A DNA stretch of 64,000 nucleotides from Bacteroidota bacterium (GTDB taxonomy: Bacteria; Bacteroidota; Ignavibacteria; Kapaibacteriales; Kapaibacteriaceae): NCBI GenBank assembly GCA_041170435.1, contig JBEAYU010000042.1, positions 55,692-119,691 on the forward strand, in the 5' to 3' direction. The notes beneath the pieces were generated by a model. The model ran no database searches. It was not told the DNA's origin and saw only the letters and a list, made by a program, of their open reading frames with translations. The position numbers and the translations under genes were made by a program. Every line of letters starts with the position of its first letter. The stretch's first letter is position 1. Positions 30,947-39,199 of this stretch are shown here, piece after piece.

Positions 30947-31280
30947 CCCACACGCGCCCGTCACGCTCGATCACATCGTACGTACACAGGCCGGCCTGGC
31001 CGCTGACGTTCATGCCTGTTCTGATGTCAAACCTCCACGCATGAAAGGGACATGTGACCGTTCCGTCTGCCACAAACCCATCGTACATCTTTGCCTCTCG
31101 CTTGTGCGGGCAGATATTTGAGACGCACAGCGCCTGGCCATCAACCCTAAAGAATGCGAGATCATGCTCTATGTCGATCTCAACCCTAAAACCACGTCTG
31201 CTCAGAACGTCAACGGATCGACATGCAAAGGTGTAGCGGCGACCGTCAACGATGATGTGGTCGCGATCAATTAGCGGCAC
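30930..31280 (-). CDS. Rieske [2Fe-2S] domain protein (NirD-like small subunit type)
   Basis: CPHKRE...and CPFHAWRF Rieske ligand motifs; 116 aa. Confidence 0.8.
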   Translation of the reverse strand: MPLIDRDHIIVDGRRYTFACRSVDVLSRRGFRVEIDIEHDLAFFRVDGQALCVSNICPHKREAKMYDGFVADGTVTCPFHAWRFDIRTGMNVSGQAGLCTYDVIERDGRVWVNVPE

Positions 31281-32128
31281 AACGACACCTCTTCAACGAC
31301 GATCACCCCACGTTCTCCGGTTCCGATGCGGGCTGCATCACGGAGGGCGTCGTGTTCAAACACAACGATCCATTTCTCATCGATCATGCGCGGCAGAAGA
31401 CGCTTCTTCTCTTCGATCGTCGTCAATGGGAAGTTGTCATAGGCCATACCGTACGGCACGCTGATATGCGCGGACGTCGGCATCAGATCAGCCGGGAAGA
31501 AGAGCGTTTCAGCGCCGTCAGTGACGCGGACCGTCTGCATGGCCTGGGTGTGACCATGTACACATTCAACGTGGATACCGGGCAGGAGCTCGCCGTCGCC
31601 ATCTATGATGTTCATCGCACCTGAGCCGACAAGTGGTTCGAACATCTCCGACATGAATGATGCTCGATCCTTTTCGGTTGCCTTCCGTGCCCAGTCGAGT
31701 TGACGTTTCTGCACATGATAGGTTGCGTTGGCGAATCGAGGAGAGCCATCTTCCAGCACGGCACCACCAACGTGGTCAAAATGCAAGTGCGTCAGGATCA
31801 CGTCCGTCACGTCAGTCGGCGCTACCCCATGGTGAGAAAGCGATTGCTCGATTGAATACTCATCGAAGCGGATATCATAGATCTCTTTCAATTTCGGACT
31901 CATCCAAGGACAGTTCCCCGTATCAACAATGATGGTTCGATCTTCGGAAAGCAAGATCAGGATCTTAGCTGCCATGGGAATCCTATTCCGAGCGTCTGCC
32001 TGTGCATACGCCCTCTCCCAGAGGGATTTCGGCACAACACCAAACATCGCGCCACCGTCTAGGCCAAAACGACAGGTCTCGGCCAATGACACCGTGTACG
32101 ATCCGATCTGTAACTCACGTTGGTTCAT
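31271..32128 (-). CDS. MBL-fold metallo-hydrolase
   Basis: HLHFDHVGG zinc-binding motif; 285 aa. The stop overlaps the Rieske gene start by 10 nt. Confidence 0.8.
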   Translation of the reverse strand: MNQRELQIGSYTVSLAETCRFGLDGGAMFGVVPKSLWERAYAQADARNRIPMAAKILILLSEDRTIIVDTGNCPWMSPKLKEIYDIRFDEYSIEQSLSHHGVAPTDVTDVILTHLHFDHVGGAVLEDGSPRFANATYHVQKRQLDWARKATEKDRASFMSEMFEPLVGSGAMNIIDGDGELLPGIHVECVHGHTQAMQTVRVTDGAETLFFPADLMPTSAHISVPYGMAYDNFPLTTIEEKKRLLPRMIDEKWIVVFEHDALRDAARIGTGERGVIVVEEVSLCR

Positions 32129-32305
32129 GGGGATAAATCTTTCCGCTCAAATGAATGTCCGCTGCCGTGAAACGGCGCAAAGTTACGGTCAAAGGCACCA
32201 ACCATTCGACGCTTGGCCGTATATTTGGAGCTTATGCTATCCGGTCACGGACGTTGATGCGGTAGCAGAGCATTGTGTCATTCTCACGACGGAGGAGTAC
32301 CCAAC

Positions 32306-34459
32306 ATGGGTGCCATAACACGTATTCGGCAGATCAGCCCGTATTTCCTTGCTGTCATCGCCACCCTCTTCATCGTCTTCATGGTGATGCAAGACTCCAG
32401 TTGCACAAGCATCCGTAACAATCGTCCGTCGGCCGAATCCATGGCCGCTGCGATCGTCAACGGAGAGGTCATCACTGTGGCCGATTTCGAGGCTCGCGTC
32501 AAGGAGACCATCGAAAACCAGCGCCAACAGAACCCGAACCAGGAGATCGATGACGAGATCATCCGGCAGCAGATCTTCGACGAGATGATCAATGAAGTTT
32601 TGCGCCGTCAGGAAGCCGAGAAGCTTGGCATCGTGGTCACCCCGCAGCAGATCATTGACATGCTGGTGACCAACCCGCCACCTCAGTTCCAGTTTGGCAA
32701 GGACAGCCTGAACAACTTTGACCCTCGGATGCAGTGGACCCTCGTGACGCAGCCGGAGTCGGTCAAGGATCTTCTAGAGCGCAATGGCCTTACGCTTGAG
32801 CGCTGGAAGGGCATCCTTCTGCAAACAGAGGATTACCTGCGCATGCAGCTTCTTCAGCAGGCCCTTGCCTCGACGCTTGGCGCTGTGGCCAGCACACCGT
32901 CAGCAGCAGTGGCCAAGCAGGATTATATCCGTGAAAACTCCACGGCTGACATTGAGTTTCTTGCCCTGAGCAGTAATCGCGTTGCCGATGCTGATGTGAA
33001 GGTCAGCGAGTCCGACATTGCCTCCTACTACGAGAAGAACAAGCAGTTCTACGTCCAGCGACCTGCCCGCTCGATCAAGTACCTGGTTTTCCCGCAGATA
33101 CCATCGAAGGACGACACCGTCAACGCGCAGAAGAAGTCTATGCGCCTGGCCCAGGCGCTCGGTCAGGCAGCAACGGCAGCAGCTCGCGATTCTGTGTTTG
33201 CTGTCGAAATGAGTAATCTGCGCGGCTCTGAGTCAGACTTCACGCCCGTCAATGAACTTGACCCGAACATTGCTACGGCTCTGAGCACGCTCAACGCTCG
33301 TGAGGTGTTCGGTCCACTGAACATCCCCGGTGGTATCGCATACTACCGCCTTGACGAGCGCCGCGAAGGCGTCAACCCGGTGGCACGGGCGTCGCACATC
33401 CTGATCTCTTTCGACGGCATGTCAAAGGATTCAGCGAAGGCTCAAGCGCAGACCGTCATGGCACGAGTCAAGAAGGGTGAAGATTTCGCCGAGTTGGCGC
33501 GGATGTTCTCAAAGGACCCGGGATCGGCTCAACAAGGCGGAGACCTCAACTACTTCGGAAGGGGGCGCATGGTTGCCGCTTTTGACAGCGCCGTGTTCAA
33601 TTCGTCTGTCGGTGCGATCGTCGGGCCCGTTGAAACACAGTTTGGTTACCACATCATCAAGGTCACCGACAAGACGTCCATCGAATACAAGTACTCGACG
33701 ATCACGCTCAAGACATCGATCTCTTCGGCTACCAAGCGTGCCGTCGCTGCAGCAGCCCAGCAGGCACTTGATGCCATTAACAATGGTGAAACGATCGAAT
33801 CGGTTGGTGCACGCTACAAGAACAAGTTCTACGCCGTTGTCCAGCAGTCGCCTCTGTTCCGGCGTGAAACACCGATCCTTCAAACTCATGAGCTCACAGC
33901 GTGGGCCTTCGAAAACGAGGTCGGCGCAGCAATTCGTCGTGAGGTCAAGTACTATGGAACGGTGATCGCTCAGGTCTCCGACGTCCGTGAAGCCGGTATC
34001 ATGCCGCTACAGGATGTTCGCGAGCGCATCGTGCGTGTATTGACCGAGCGCGCAAAGCTTAAAAAGCTCGAAGCCCAGGCAAAGCAACTTGCCTCTTCTG
34101 CCGCTACATCGGGCCTGTCAGCTGCTCGCGGCGGGGATTCAACGATCCCCTATCAGACGCAGGCTGGCATCCGCAACAATGGTATGATCACCGGATATGG
34201 TGGCGAGTATATGGTCACGGCAAAGGCATTCTCGCTTCCGGTCGGTCAGGTCAGTGGTGCGATCATGGGTGAGCGTGGCTGGTTCATCATCAAGGTTCTC
34301 AACCGTACCGATGCCGATCTTACCGGATACACAAAGGACATTCCTGCTCAGCTTCAAAGCGTTTCGACACGTCTGCGCGGCAACGCGTTTGGCACGTGGT
34401 TCCAGAAGTTGCGCGAGAATTCGGAGATCATCGACAAGCGTTTCAGCTCGCGCAGCTGA
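32306..34459 (+). CDS. Periplasmic chaperone / peptidyl-prolyl isomerase (PpiD/SurA-like)
   Basis: N-terminal TM anchor (YFLAVIATLFIVFMV) and a parvulin rotamase core (ASHILISFDG...FGYHIIKV). The start was trimmed to MGAITRIRQ. Confidence 0.8.
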   Translation: MGAITRIRQISPYFLAVIATLFIVFMVMQDSSCTSIRNNRPSAESMAAAIVNGEVITVADFEARVKETIENQRQQNPNQEIDDEIIRQQIFDEMINEVLRRQEAEKLGIVVTPQQIIDMLVTNPPPQFQFGKDSLNNFDPRMQWTLVTQPESVKDLLERNGLTLERWKGILLQTEDYLRMQLLQQALASTLGAVASTPSAAVAKQDYIRENSTADIEFLALSSNRVADADVKVSESDIASYYEKNKQFYVQRPARSIKYLVFPQIPSKDDTVNAQKKSMRLAQALGQAATAAARDSVFAVEMSNLRGSESDFTPVNELDPNIATALSTLNAREVFGPLNIPGGIAYYRLDERREGVNPVARASHILISFDGMSKDSAKAQAQTVMARVKKGEDFAELARMFSKDPGSAQQGGDLNYFGRGRMVAAFDSAVFNSSVGAIVGPVETQFGYHIIKVTDKTSIEYKYSTITLKTSISSATKRAVAAAAQQALDAINNGETIESVGARYKNKFYAVVQQSPLFRRETPILQTHELTAWAFENEVGAAIRREVKYYGTVIAQVSDVREAGIMPLQDVRERIVRVLTERAKLKKLEAQAKQLASSAATSGLSAARGGDSTIPYQTQAGIRNNGMITGYGGEYMVTAKAFSLPVGQVSGAIMGERGWFIIKVLNRTDADLTGYTKDIPAQLQSVSTRLRGNAFGTWFQKLRENSEIIDKRFSSRS

Positions 34460-34482
34460 TCGCGTTTCACTCGGAACATTCA

Positions 34483-35358
34483 ATGTCAAACGACCCCATG
34501 TCAGGCAGGCATGGGGTCGTTCTGTTTTCGACCATGACCACGACCACAGCATACAGCGTCTGCCTGCAGATTGCCCGTTCACACTATGAGAACTTTCCCG
34601 TGGCATCCTGGCTTGTCCCGGCGCATCTTCGCGGTCCGATTGCGGCCATCTATGCGTTCGCCCGCCGTGCAGATGATGTTGCCGACGAAGGACAAGTTGA
34701 CGTATCTGAACGTTTGGAATCGCTACGAGCATTGAGACAGCGTCTTCATTCCCCGATCATGACCGATGCGGTTGACGTGGCCTTATCCGATACGATGAAT
34801 CGCCACGCGCTGCCAACGCATCTACTGGAACGTCTGATCGATGCATTTGTCAGCGATGTTCAGCACCAACCGTTCACGACGTGGCAAGAACTTTTGGCGT
34901 ACTGTTCCAATTCTGCCGACCCGGTTGGTGAGGCACTCTTGCGCTTGGACCATTCCCCCGATGAGCCATCCGGCGAATCTGTCGAATGCAGCAACTGCGT
35001 CTGTAGCGCGCTGCAGATCACGAATTTTCTGCAAGACATGGCCATTGATCGAGGTCGAGGCAGAAGCTACCTTCCCGACGACATCCCCACCGTGGTCGAG
35101 CGAACCTATGCGCTCTTCAATGTCGGTCGCGGCATTCTCAACCATCTCCGTTCACGGCGCTTGCGCTGGGAGGTTGCGCTGACCATAGCAGGGGGCGTTA
35201 CGATCCTCGATCTCTGTGCTGATCGAGAAGCCGACAACTTTCGTCCAGCGCTTGGCTTGCGGCATGTTCTGCACGTGCTGCGACGTTTGAACCATGTGAT
35301 CAAAGGCAAGCCCCTTGTCCCGGGCATACGTGCGCTACGTGACGATTCGAACTCGTAA
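34483..35358 (+). CDS. hpnC: Squalene/phytoene synthase family protein, HpnC-like (hydroxysqualene synthase)
   Basis: YENFPVASWLVPAHLRGPIAAIYAFARRADDVADEG, plus a second Asp-rich motif DMAIDRGRGRSYLP. The start is uncertain (ATG at 34483, 34498 or 34534). The 34396 start would overlap the preceding gene. Confidence 0.7.
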   Translation: MSNDPMSGRHGVVLFSTMTTTTAYSVCLQIARSHYENFPVASWLVPAHLRGPIAAIYAFARRADDVADEGQVDVSERLESLRALRQRLHSPIMTDAVDVALSDTMNRHALPTHLLERLIDAFVSDVQHQPFTTWQELLAYCSNSADPVGEALLRLDHSPDEPSGESVECSNCVCSALQITNFLQDMAIDRGRGRSYLPDDIPTVVERTYALFNVGRGILNHLRSRRLRWEVALTIAGGVTILDLCADREADNFRPALGLRHVLHVLRRLNHVIKGKPLVPGIRALRDDSNS

Positions 35359-35367
35359 CTTCGTCAC

Positions 35368-36258
35368 ATGTCGAAGCATGTCTTCTCCGACACGGAGGAC
35401 GCGCTAGCCTTCACCACGAATGGTAGCACGTCCTTTCATTACTCCTTTGGTTTCTTACCGAAGGAGGAGCGCGCTGCGATCAAGACGATCTATGCATTTG
35501 CTCGACGCATCGACGACATCGTCGATGAGAATCCATCCAGCGAAACATCCGTCATTGCCGACAAGAGAGAGAGACTGTCGTGGTGGCGCTCGCAGATCGA
35601 TGCCATTTATTCCGCTTCCGCGTCAGTAGCATCATCCGTCAGCCCGCTCAAGGCGGTCGTCAATCGCTACAAGATTCCGAAGCAGTACCTTCAGACGATC
35701 ATTGATGGCTGTGAACGGGACCTCGTGCAGTGCAGGTATGACACATTCGAAGACCTCAAGCGATACTGCTACTCCGTGGCATCCGTCGTTGGTCTCATTT
35801 CGATCGAGATCTTTGGATATCGGCACGAATCGACCCGACAATATGCCATCAACCTCGGCTATGCCCTTCAGCTGACCAATATTCTGCGTGATGTCAAGAC
35901 TGATCTCGATCGAGGATATGTGTACATACCGCGCGAGGACATGGTACGTTTTCGCTACACCGAGGAAGACCTACGCAACCAGGTCTACGATGAGAGATTC
36001 ATCAACCTTATGGAGTTCCAGGCAAAGCGAGCCCGAGAGTACTATCATCAAGCGCGTGCACTTCTGCGGCCTGACGAGAGGATGACAATGGTGGCGGCCC
36101 AGATCATGGATGCGATCTACTACCGACTCCTGGAAAAGATCGAACTGAACGACTACCGCATCTTCAACCGACGCATCAGCGTCAGTACGATTCACAAGAT
36201 CATTACGGCAACAAGAATCTGGCTTGGCTCAAAGTTGTTCGTCAAGCGACTTCGATAG
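35368..36258 (+). CDS. hpnD: Squalene/phytoene synthase family protein, HpnD-like (presqualene diphosphate synthase) or CrtB-like
   Basis: SFHYSFGFLPKEERAAIKTIYAFARRIDDIVDE and LRDVKTDLDRGYVYIPRED. It is directly adjacent to the HpnC-like gene. Confidence 0.68.
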   Translation: MSKHVFSDTEDALAFTTNGSTSFHYSFGFLPKEERAAIKTIYAFARRIDDIVDENPSSETSVIADKRERLSWWRSQIDAIYSASASVASSVSPLKAVVNRYKIPKQYLQTIIDGCERDLVQCRYDTFEDLKRYCYSVASVVGLISIEIFGYRHESTRQYAINLGYALQLTNILRDVKTDLDRGYVYIPREDMVRFRYTEEDLRNQVYDERFINLMEFQAKRAREYYHQARALLRPDERMTMVAAQIMDAIYYRLLEKIELNDYRIFNRRISVSTIHKIITATRIWLGSKLFVKRLR

Positions 36259-36280
36259 ACAAAATCTGTATTTTCGTCCC

Positions 36281-36754
36281 ATGGCAACGACATTCACATC
36301 CGAAGAGCTCTCCAGCATCGCAGCGCTGAAGGCAAAGTATCCTGAACCCAAGGCCGCCATCATGCCCGTCCTTTGGATGGCGCAAAAGAAATGGGGCTGG
36401 CTCTCTGAAGACGTCATGAAGGAGGTCGCCCGTGTGATGGACCTTCCGTATGCCCACGTACTGGGCGTTGCGTCCTTCTACACGATGTACTTCAAGAAGC
36501 CGATGGGCAAGCATCACGTGCAGGTCTGTACCAATGTCTCCTGCATGCTCCGCGGTGGTGAACAGCTCTACAAGCACGCCAAGGAGAAGCTCGGTATCAG
36601 CCATAATCAAGCCACGGCTGACGGCGTCTTCTCACTCGAAGAGGTAGAATGCATGGGTGCCTGTGGTGGAGCGCCCATGATTGCCATCAATGAGACGTTC
36701 TACGAGAATGCGACGGCAAGTCAGCTTGATGCGTTGCTCGATGCTCGTCGTTGA
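36281..36754 (+). CDS. nuoE: NuoE-like thioredoxin-fold [2Fe-2S] ferredoxin (NADH-quinone oxidoreductase subunit E family)
   Basis: AAIMPVLWMAQKKWGWLS, VCTNVSCMLRGG and VECMGACGGAPM cysteine motifs. The start was trimmed to MATTFTSEEL. No other nuo genes are adjacent. Confidence 0.8.
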   Translation: MATTFTSEELSSIAALKAKYPEPKAAIMPVLWMAQKKWGWLSEDVMKEVARVMDLPYAHVLGVASFYTMYFKKPMGKHHVQVCTNVSCMLRGGEQLYKHAKEKLGISHNQATADGVFSLEEVECMGACGGAPMIAINETFYENATASQLDALLDARR

Positions 36755-37362
36755 TCCTGCCGTCGATCCGTCGATGGCATAAGAATGTTTCTAAATGTAA
36801 GATTCACACGCGGCCCCACGGGCCGCGTTTCTTTTTTAATGCCATGCAGCCAGTGATGCTGCGTTGGCCCACGCATGATCAAGATGCTGGAATCAGCCAG
36901 AGGAATCATCAATGACCTCAGGTCTTTCCGTGAACGGTGCTTCATGACAAAATGCCGTGGTGCGCCAAAGCTCATGGACGCGATGACCGGTTCCGGCCCA
37001 AGCTCGGGTTCGTCATCAGCGTGCATTCCCATACTGTCGGCGCCATCACGATAGTAGTTGGCCAACACACTGTTGAATGGCACTCCAGACAACTGCTGAG
37101 CAATGTGACGAAGTTCATCAAGCAAGGGGGTCCAGGCTAGCCCCCTTAGTGTCTTGCGTGAATACGTATAGTCGAAGCCTTCATCGGCATAAAAGGCGAT
37201 CAGTCGCGGCTGCATGATCGTGCGGCCAAACATCGTGATGGTCTCAGTGCGCCACTGAAGCGTTTCGATCAATGCGTCGAGATAGGAACCCTTCCAGAGC
37301 CCCAGATTGTGAGCGTCCAAAAGGTGTATATCAAGATCGGGCATTGTAGAATATGTCGACAT
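36721..37362 (-). CDS. alkB: Alpha-ketoglutarate/Fe(II)-dependent dioxygenase AlkB
   Basis: MGMHADDEPELG (HxD), HHWLHGI and RVNLTFR motifs. The start is uncertain (GTG 37380, ATG 37362 or ATG 37344). The 3' end overlaps the nuoE 3' end by 34 nt. Confidence 0.85.
   Translation of the reverse strand: MSTYSTMPDLDIHLLDAHNLGLWKGSYLDALIETLQWRTETITMFGRTIMQPRLIAFYADEGFDYTYSRKTLRGLAWTPLLDELRHIAQQLSGVPFNSVLANYYRDGADSMGMHADDEPELGPEPVIASMSFGAPRHFVMKHRSRKDLRSLMIPLADSSILIMRGPTQHHWLHGIKKETRPVGPRVNLTFRNILMPSTDRRQDQRRASSNASS
36808..36839 (+). terminator. Putative rho-independent terminator of nuoE, embedded in the convergent alkB coding sequence
   Basis: Stem ACGCGGCC / GGCCGCGT (36808-36815 / 36821-36828) followed by TTCTTTTTT. 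Confidence 0.55.
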
Positions 37363-37368
37363 TTTGTA
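37359..37368. promoter_or_regulatory. ACATTTTGTA motif in the alkB / lexA-like divergent control region
   Basis: This exact 10-mer is also present at 38209-38218, with a one-mismatch copy at 38189-38198, both upstream of the imuB-like gene. It lies 34 nt upstream of the lexA-like ATG. Confidence 0.35.
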
Positions 37369-37401
37369 AGTTATCCCCACTTTCGTACCAGGATTTCAAC
37401 C

Positions 37402-38169
37402 ATGAACACCCGCGCACAGCTCGGCATCCGCCACCGTCAGGTTCGAGAATCGATCCTGAAACTCAACGTTCAAGAATACGCCAAAATCATCGACGTGCGC
37501 GTGCCGACTGTGTACTCGTGGGAATCAGGTCGTACGGCCGTGCCGCAACACGTCCTGGCAATGCTAGAGTCGCGTTACGGCATCTCATCGGGCTGGTTGC
37601 TCACAGGCTCCGGGTCACCTATCGTGGAAGCACGACAAGAGTTGGCCACAGGGGGCGAGACGAAACGCACGATCATGCAACAACTGGAGGATCACGTGTC
37701 ACACATTCGAGAGCTGATCGAAGAACTCAAGCGCCACTCTCCGCAGGTCGTAGCCCCGGTGCGTCGAAAGAAATCCGACCGCGGCCCACGCATCCCTATG
37801 CTGGCCTTGGGCGTCAGTGCAGGTCTTCCAACGGCCTCTGATGACACGATCGAGCGCGAGATTGATCTGGCGGACATGCTGCTGGAGCACCCCGAGAGTA
37901 CCTACTTCATTCGTGTCGTTGGTGACTCAATGACCGATGCCGGAATCAGTGATGGCGACACGCTGATCGTGGACTGTGCACTGCAACCTCGCTCGGGTCA
38001 GATCGTCATCGCCAAGGTCTACGGTGAGCTCACCGTCAAGCGCTATCTGACGGTGGACGGCCAGCCGCTGCTGCGCGCCGAGAACCGGCGCTACAAGGAC
38101 ATTGCCATCACTGCCGACATGGACTTCAGCATCGTCGGCGTGGTTCGCAACTGCATCAAACAGCTGTAA
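37402..38169 (+). CDS. LexA-like repressor: XRE-type HTH + S24 (LexA/UmuD/CI) autopeptidase domain
   Basis: HTH segment (LNVQEYAKIIDVRVPTVYSWESGRTAVP), a candidate Ala-Gly cleavage site (LGVSAGLPT), the Ser nucleophile in VVGDSM and the Lys in ELTVKRY. The start was trimmed to MNTRAQLG. Confidence 0.8.
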   Translation: MNTRAQLGIRHRQVRESILKLNVQEYAKIIDVRVPTVYSWESGRTAVPQHVLAMLESRYGISSGWLLTGSGSPIVEARQELATGGETKRTIMQQLEDHVSHIRELIEELKRHSPQVVAPVRRKKSDRGPRIPMLALGVSAGLPTASDDTIEREIDLADMLLEHPESTYFIRVVGDSMTDAGISDGDTLIVDCALQPRSGQIVIAKVYGELTVKRYLTVDGQPLLRAENRRYKDIAITADMDFSIVGVVRNCIKQL

Positions 38170-38185
38170 GCCCCTTTTACCAAAC

Positions 38186-38222
38186 TTGACATTTTGCATT
38201 GCGATTGTACATTTTGTATAAT
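38186..38222 (+). promoter_or_regulatory. Candidate promoter/operator of the imuB-like-dnaE2 operon
   Basis: TTGACA (38186-38191), a 16-nt spacer, then TACATT (38208-38213). Two copies of ACATTTTG(C/T)A lie exactly 20 nt apart (38189-38198, 38209-38218). There is an imperfect palindrome TTGTACA-TTT-TGTATAA (38205-38221). An alternative reading is a Bacteroidota-style TTG-N19-TAnnTTTG-like element. Confidence 0.4.
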
Positions 38223-38227
38223 CGCAT

Positions 38228-39199
38228 ATGCTTCTCTGCCTGCTCTGCTCGGATGCCTCTGATGCAACGATCGATGCTCTGCTCGACTCGGTGCATGGAT
38301 GCACTCCTTTACTGTCGACACCCGCCAGGGGGCGTATCTACTGTGGACTCGACGATCTGCAGGGCCTGCACGCCGTCGTGCGCAGGTTTAACTGTCGGGC
38401 GGCCATGGCTCCCCTGCGCAACGACGCTCTGCTACGAGCGTGCGCTGCAGAGACAACGGGCCGCATTGACGTATTCGAAAATGCCGATAACGTGCCGAGC
38501 CGCGTACTGACGATGCTGCCGGAGCTGGGCATCAGCCACGACGATACAGAACGGCTACGCCTGTTTGGACTTGATACGATCGGCCGGCTTCGCACTCTTG
38601 AAGAGCGACACCTGCGTCTGCAATTCGGAGCGCGCGCCGGGATGCTGTATCAACTGCTGCATGATGCACGTGATGCCTCTCTGCCGCTCTATGCTCCGCC
38701 ACCACAGATCGTGGCGATCGAGCGATTTGACGAAGATGCTCGAGAGCCCGGCTTGATCCTCGATGCGGCCCAACGTTGCAGTCAGGTGGCAGCAATCAAG
38801 CTGGACGGACGTGAGGCCTGGCGCATCGAGGTCAGCGTGCTTGATGCGAACGATACCATCACAGATGCTCGTTCCAGAATTCTGCGGCAAGGGGCAAGGC
38901 TGGCGAGCATCATCTGGACGCATGTGCAAACGCTGTGCAGGATGTTGTTGAGGCCCAACCGGCGCTGGCGTGGCGTTAGCCTGCGTCTTGCGTCTCTGCG
39001 TCAGGCCGAAGCTGAACAGATCGACCTCTTCGCTCCCCGAGTCAGCCCTTCGCAGCTACAGCAGCTCTTGCGACCGCGCTATGGTCACGTCTTGAAGCAG
39101 GTGCAGATCCTGGATCCGTGGACGCTCATGCCTGATCGACATGCCAGGATCGTACCGATCAGCGCACCGACCCCACATGATCAGGGGGCTGATCAATGA
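38228..39199 (+). CDS. imuB: ImuB-like inactive Y-family polymerase homologue (short, 323 aa) with beta-clamp-binding motif
   Basis: It sits directly upstream of dnaE2. Little-finger-like region LFGLDTIGRLRTL...LRLQFG. Clamp-binding pentapeptide QIDLF at 39017-39031. No N-terminal catalytic acidic motif was recognised. Confidence 0.6.
   Translation: MLLCLLCSDASDATIDALLDSVHGCTPLLSTPARGRIYCGLDDLQGLHAVVRRFNCRAAMAPLRNDALLRACAAETTGRIDVFENADNVPSRVLTMLPELGISHDDTERLRLFGLDTIGRLRTLEERHLRLQFGARAGMLYQLLHDARDASLPLYAPPPQIVAIERFDEDAREPGLILDAAQRCSQVAAIKLDGREAWRIEVSVLDANDTITDARSRILRQGARLASIIWTHVQTLCRMLLRPNRRWRGVSLRLASLRQAEAEQIDLFAPRVSPSQLQQLLRPRYGHVLKQVQILDPWTLMPDRHARIVPISAPTPHDQGADQ

Noticed and set aside
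34396-34482. The ORF track offers N-terminal ORF extensions. Examples are the 34396 start of hpnC overlapping ppiD, the 36224 start of nuoE overlapping hpnD, the 12481 start of the methyltransferase, the 16084 start of fadD, the 37309 start of the lexA-like gene, the 51367 start of ogg and the 57456 start of parA.
   Set aside because: The extensions overlap the preceding gene, lack similarity to the family N-termini and are Arg/Ser-rich. Internal starts give canonical N-termini and often 4-nt coupling overlaps.
38217-38222. A perfect TATAAT lies upstream of the imuB-like gene and could be the -10 partner of TTGACA (38186-38191).
   Set aside because: The spacing is 25 nt, too long for a sigma-70 promoter. 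TACATT at 38208-38213 (16-nt spacer) or a Bacteroidota-type -7 element fits better. TATAAT is also only 5 nt from the start codon.
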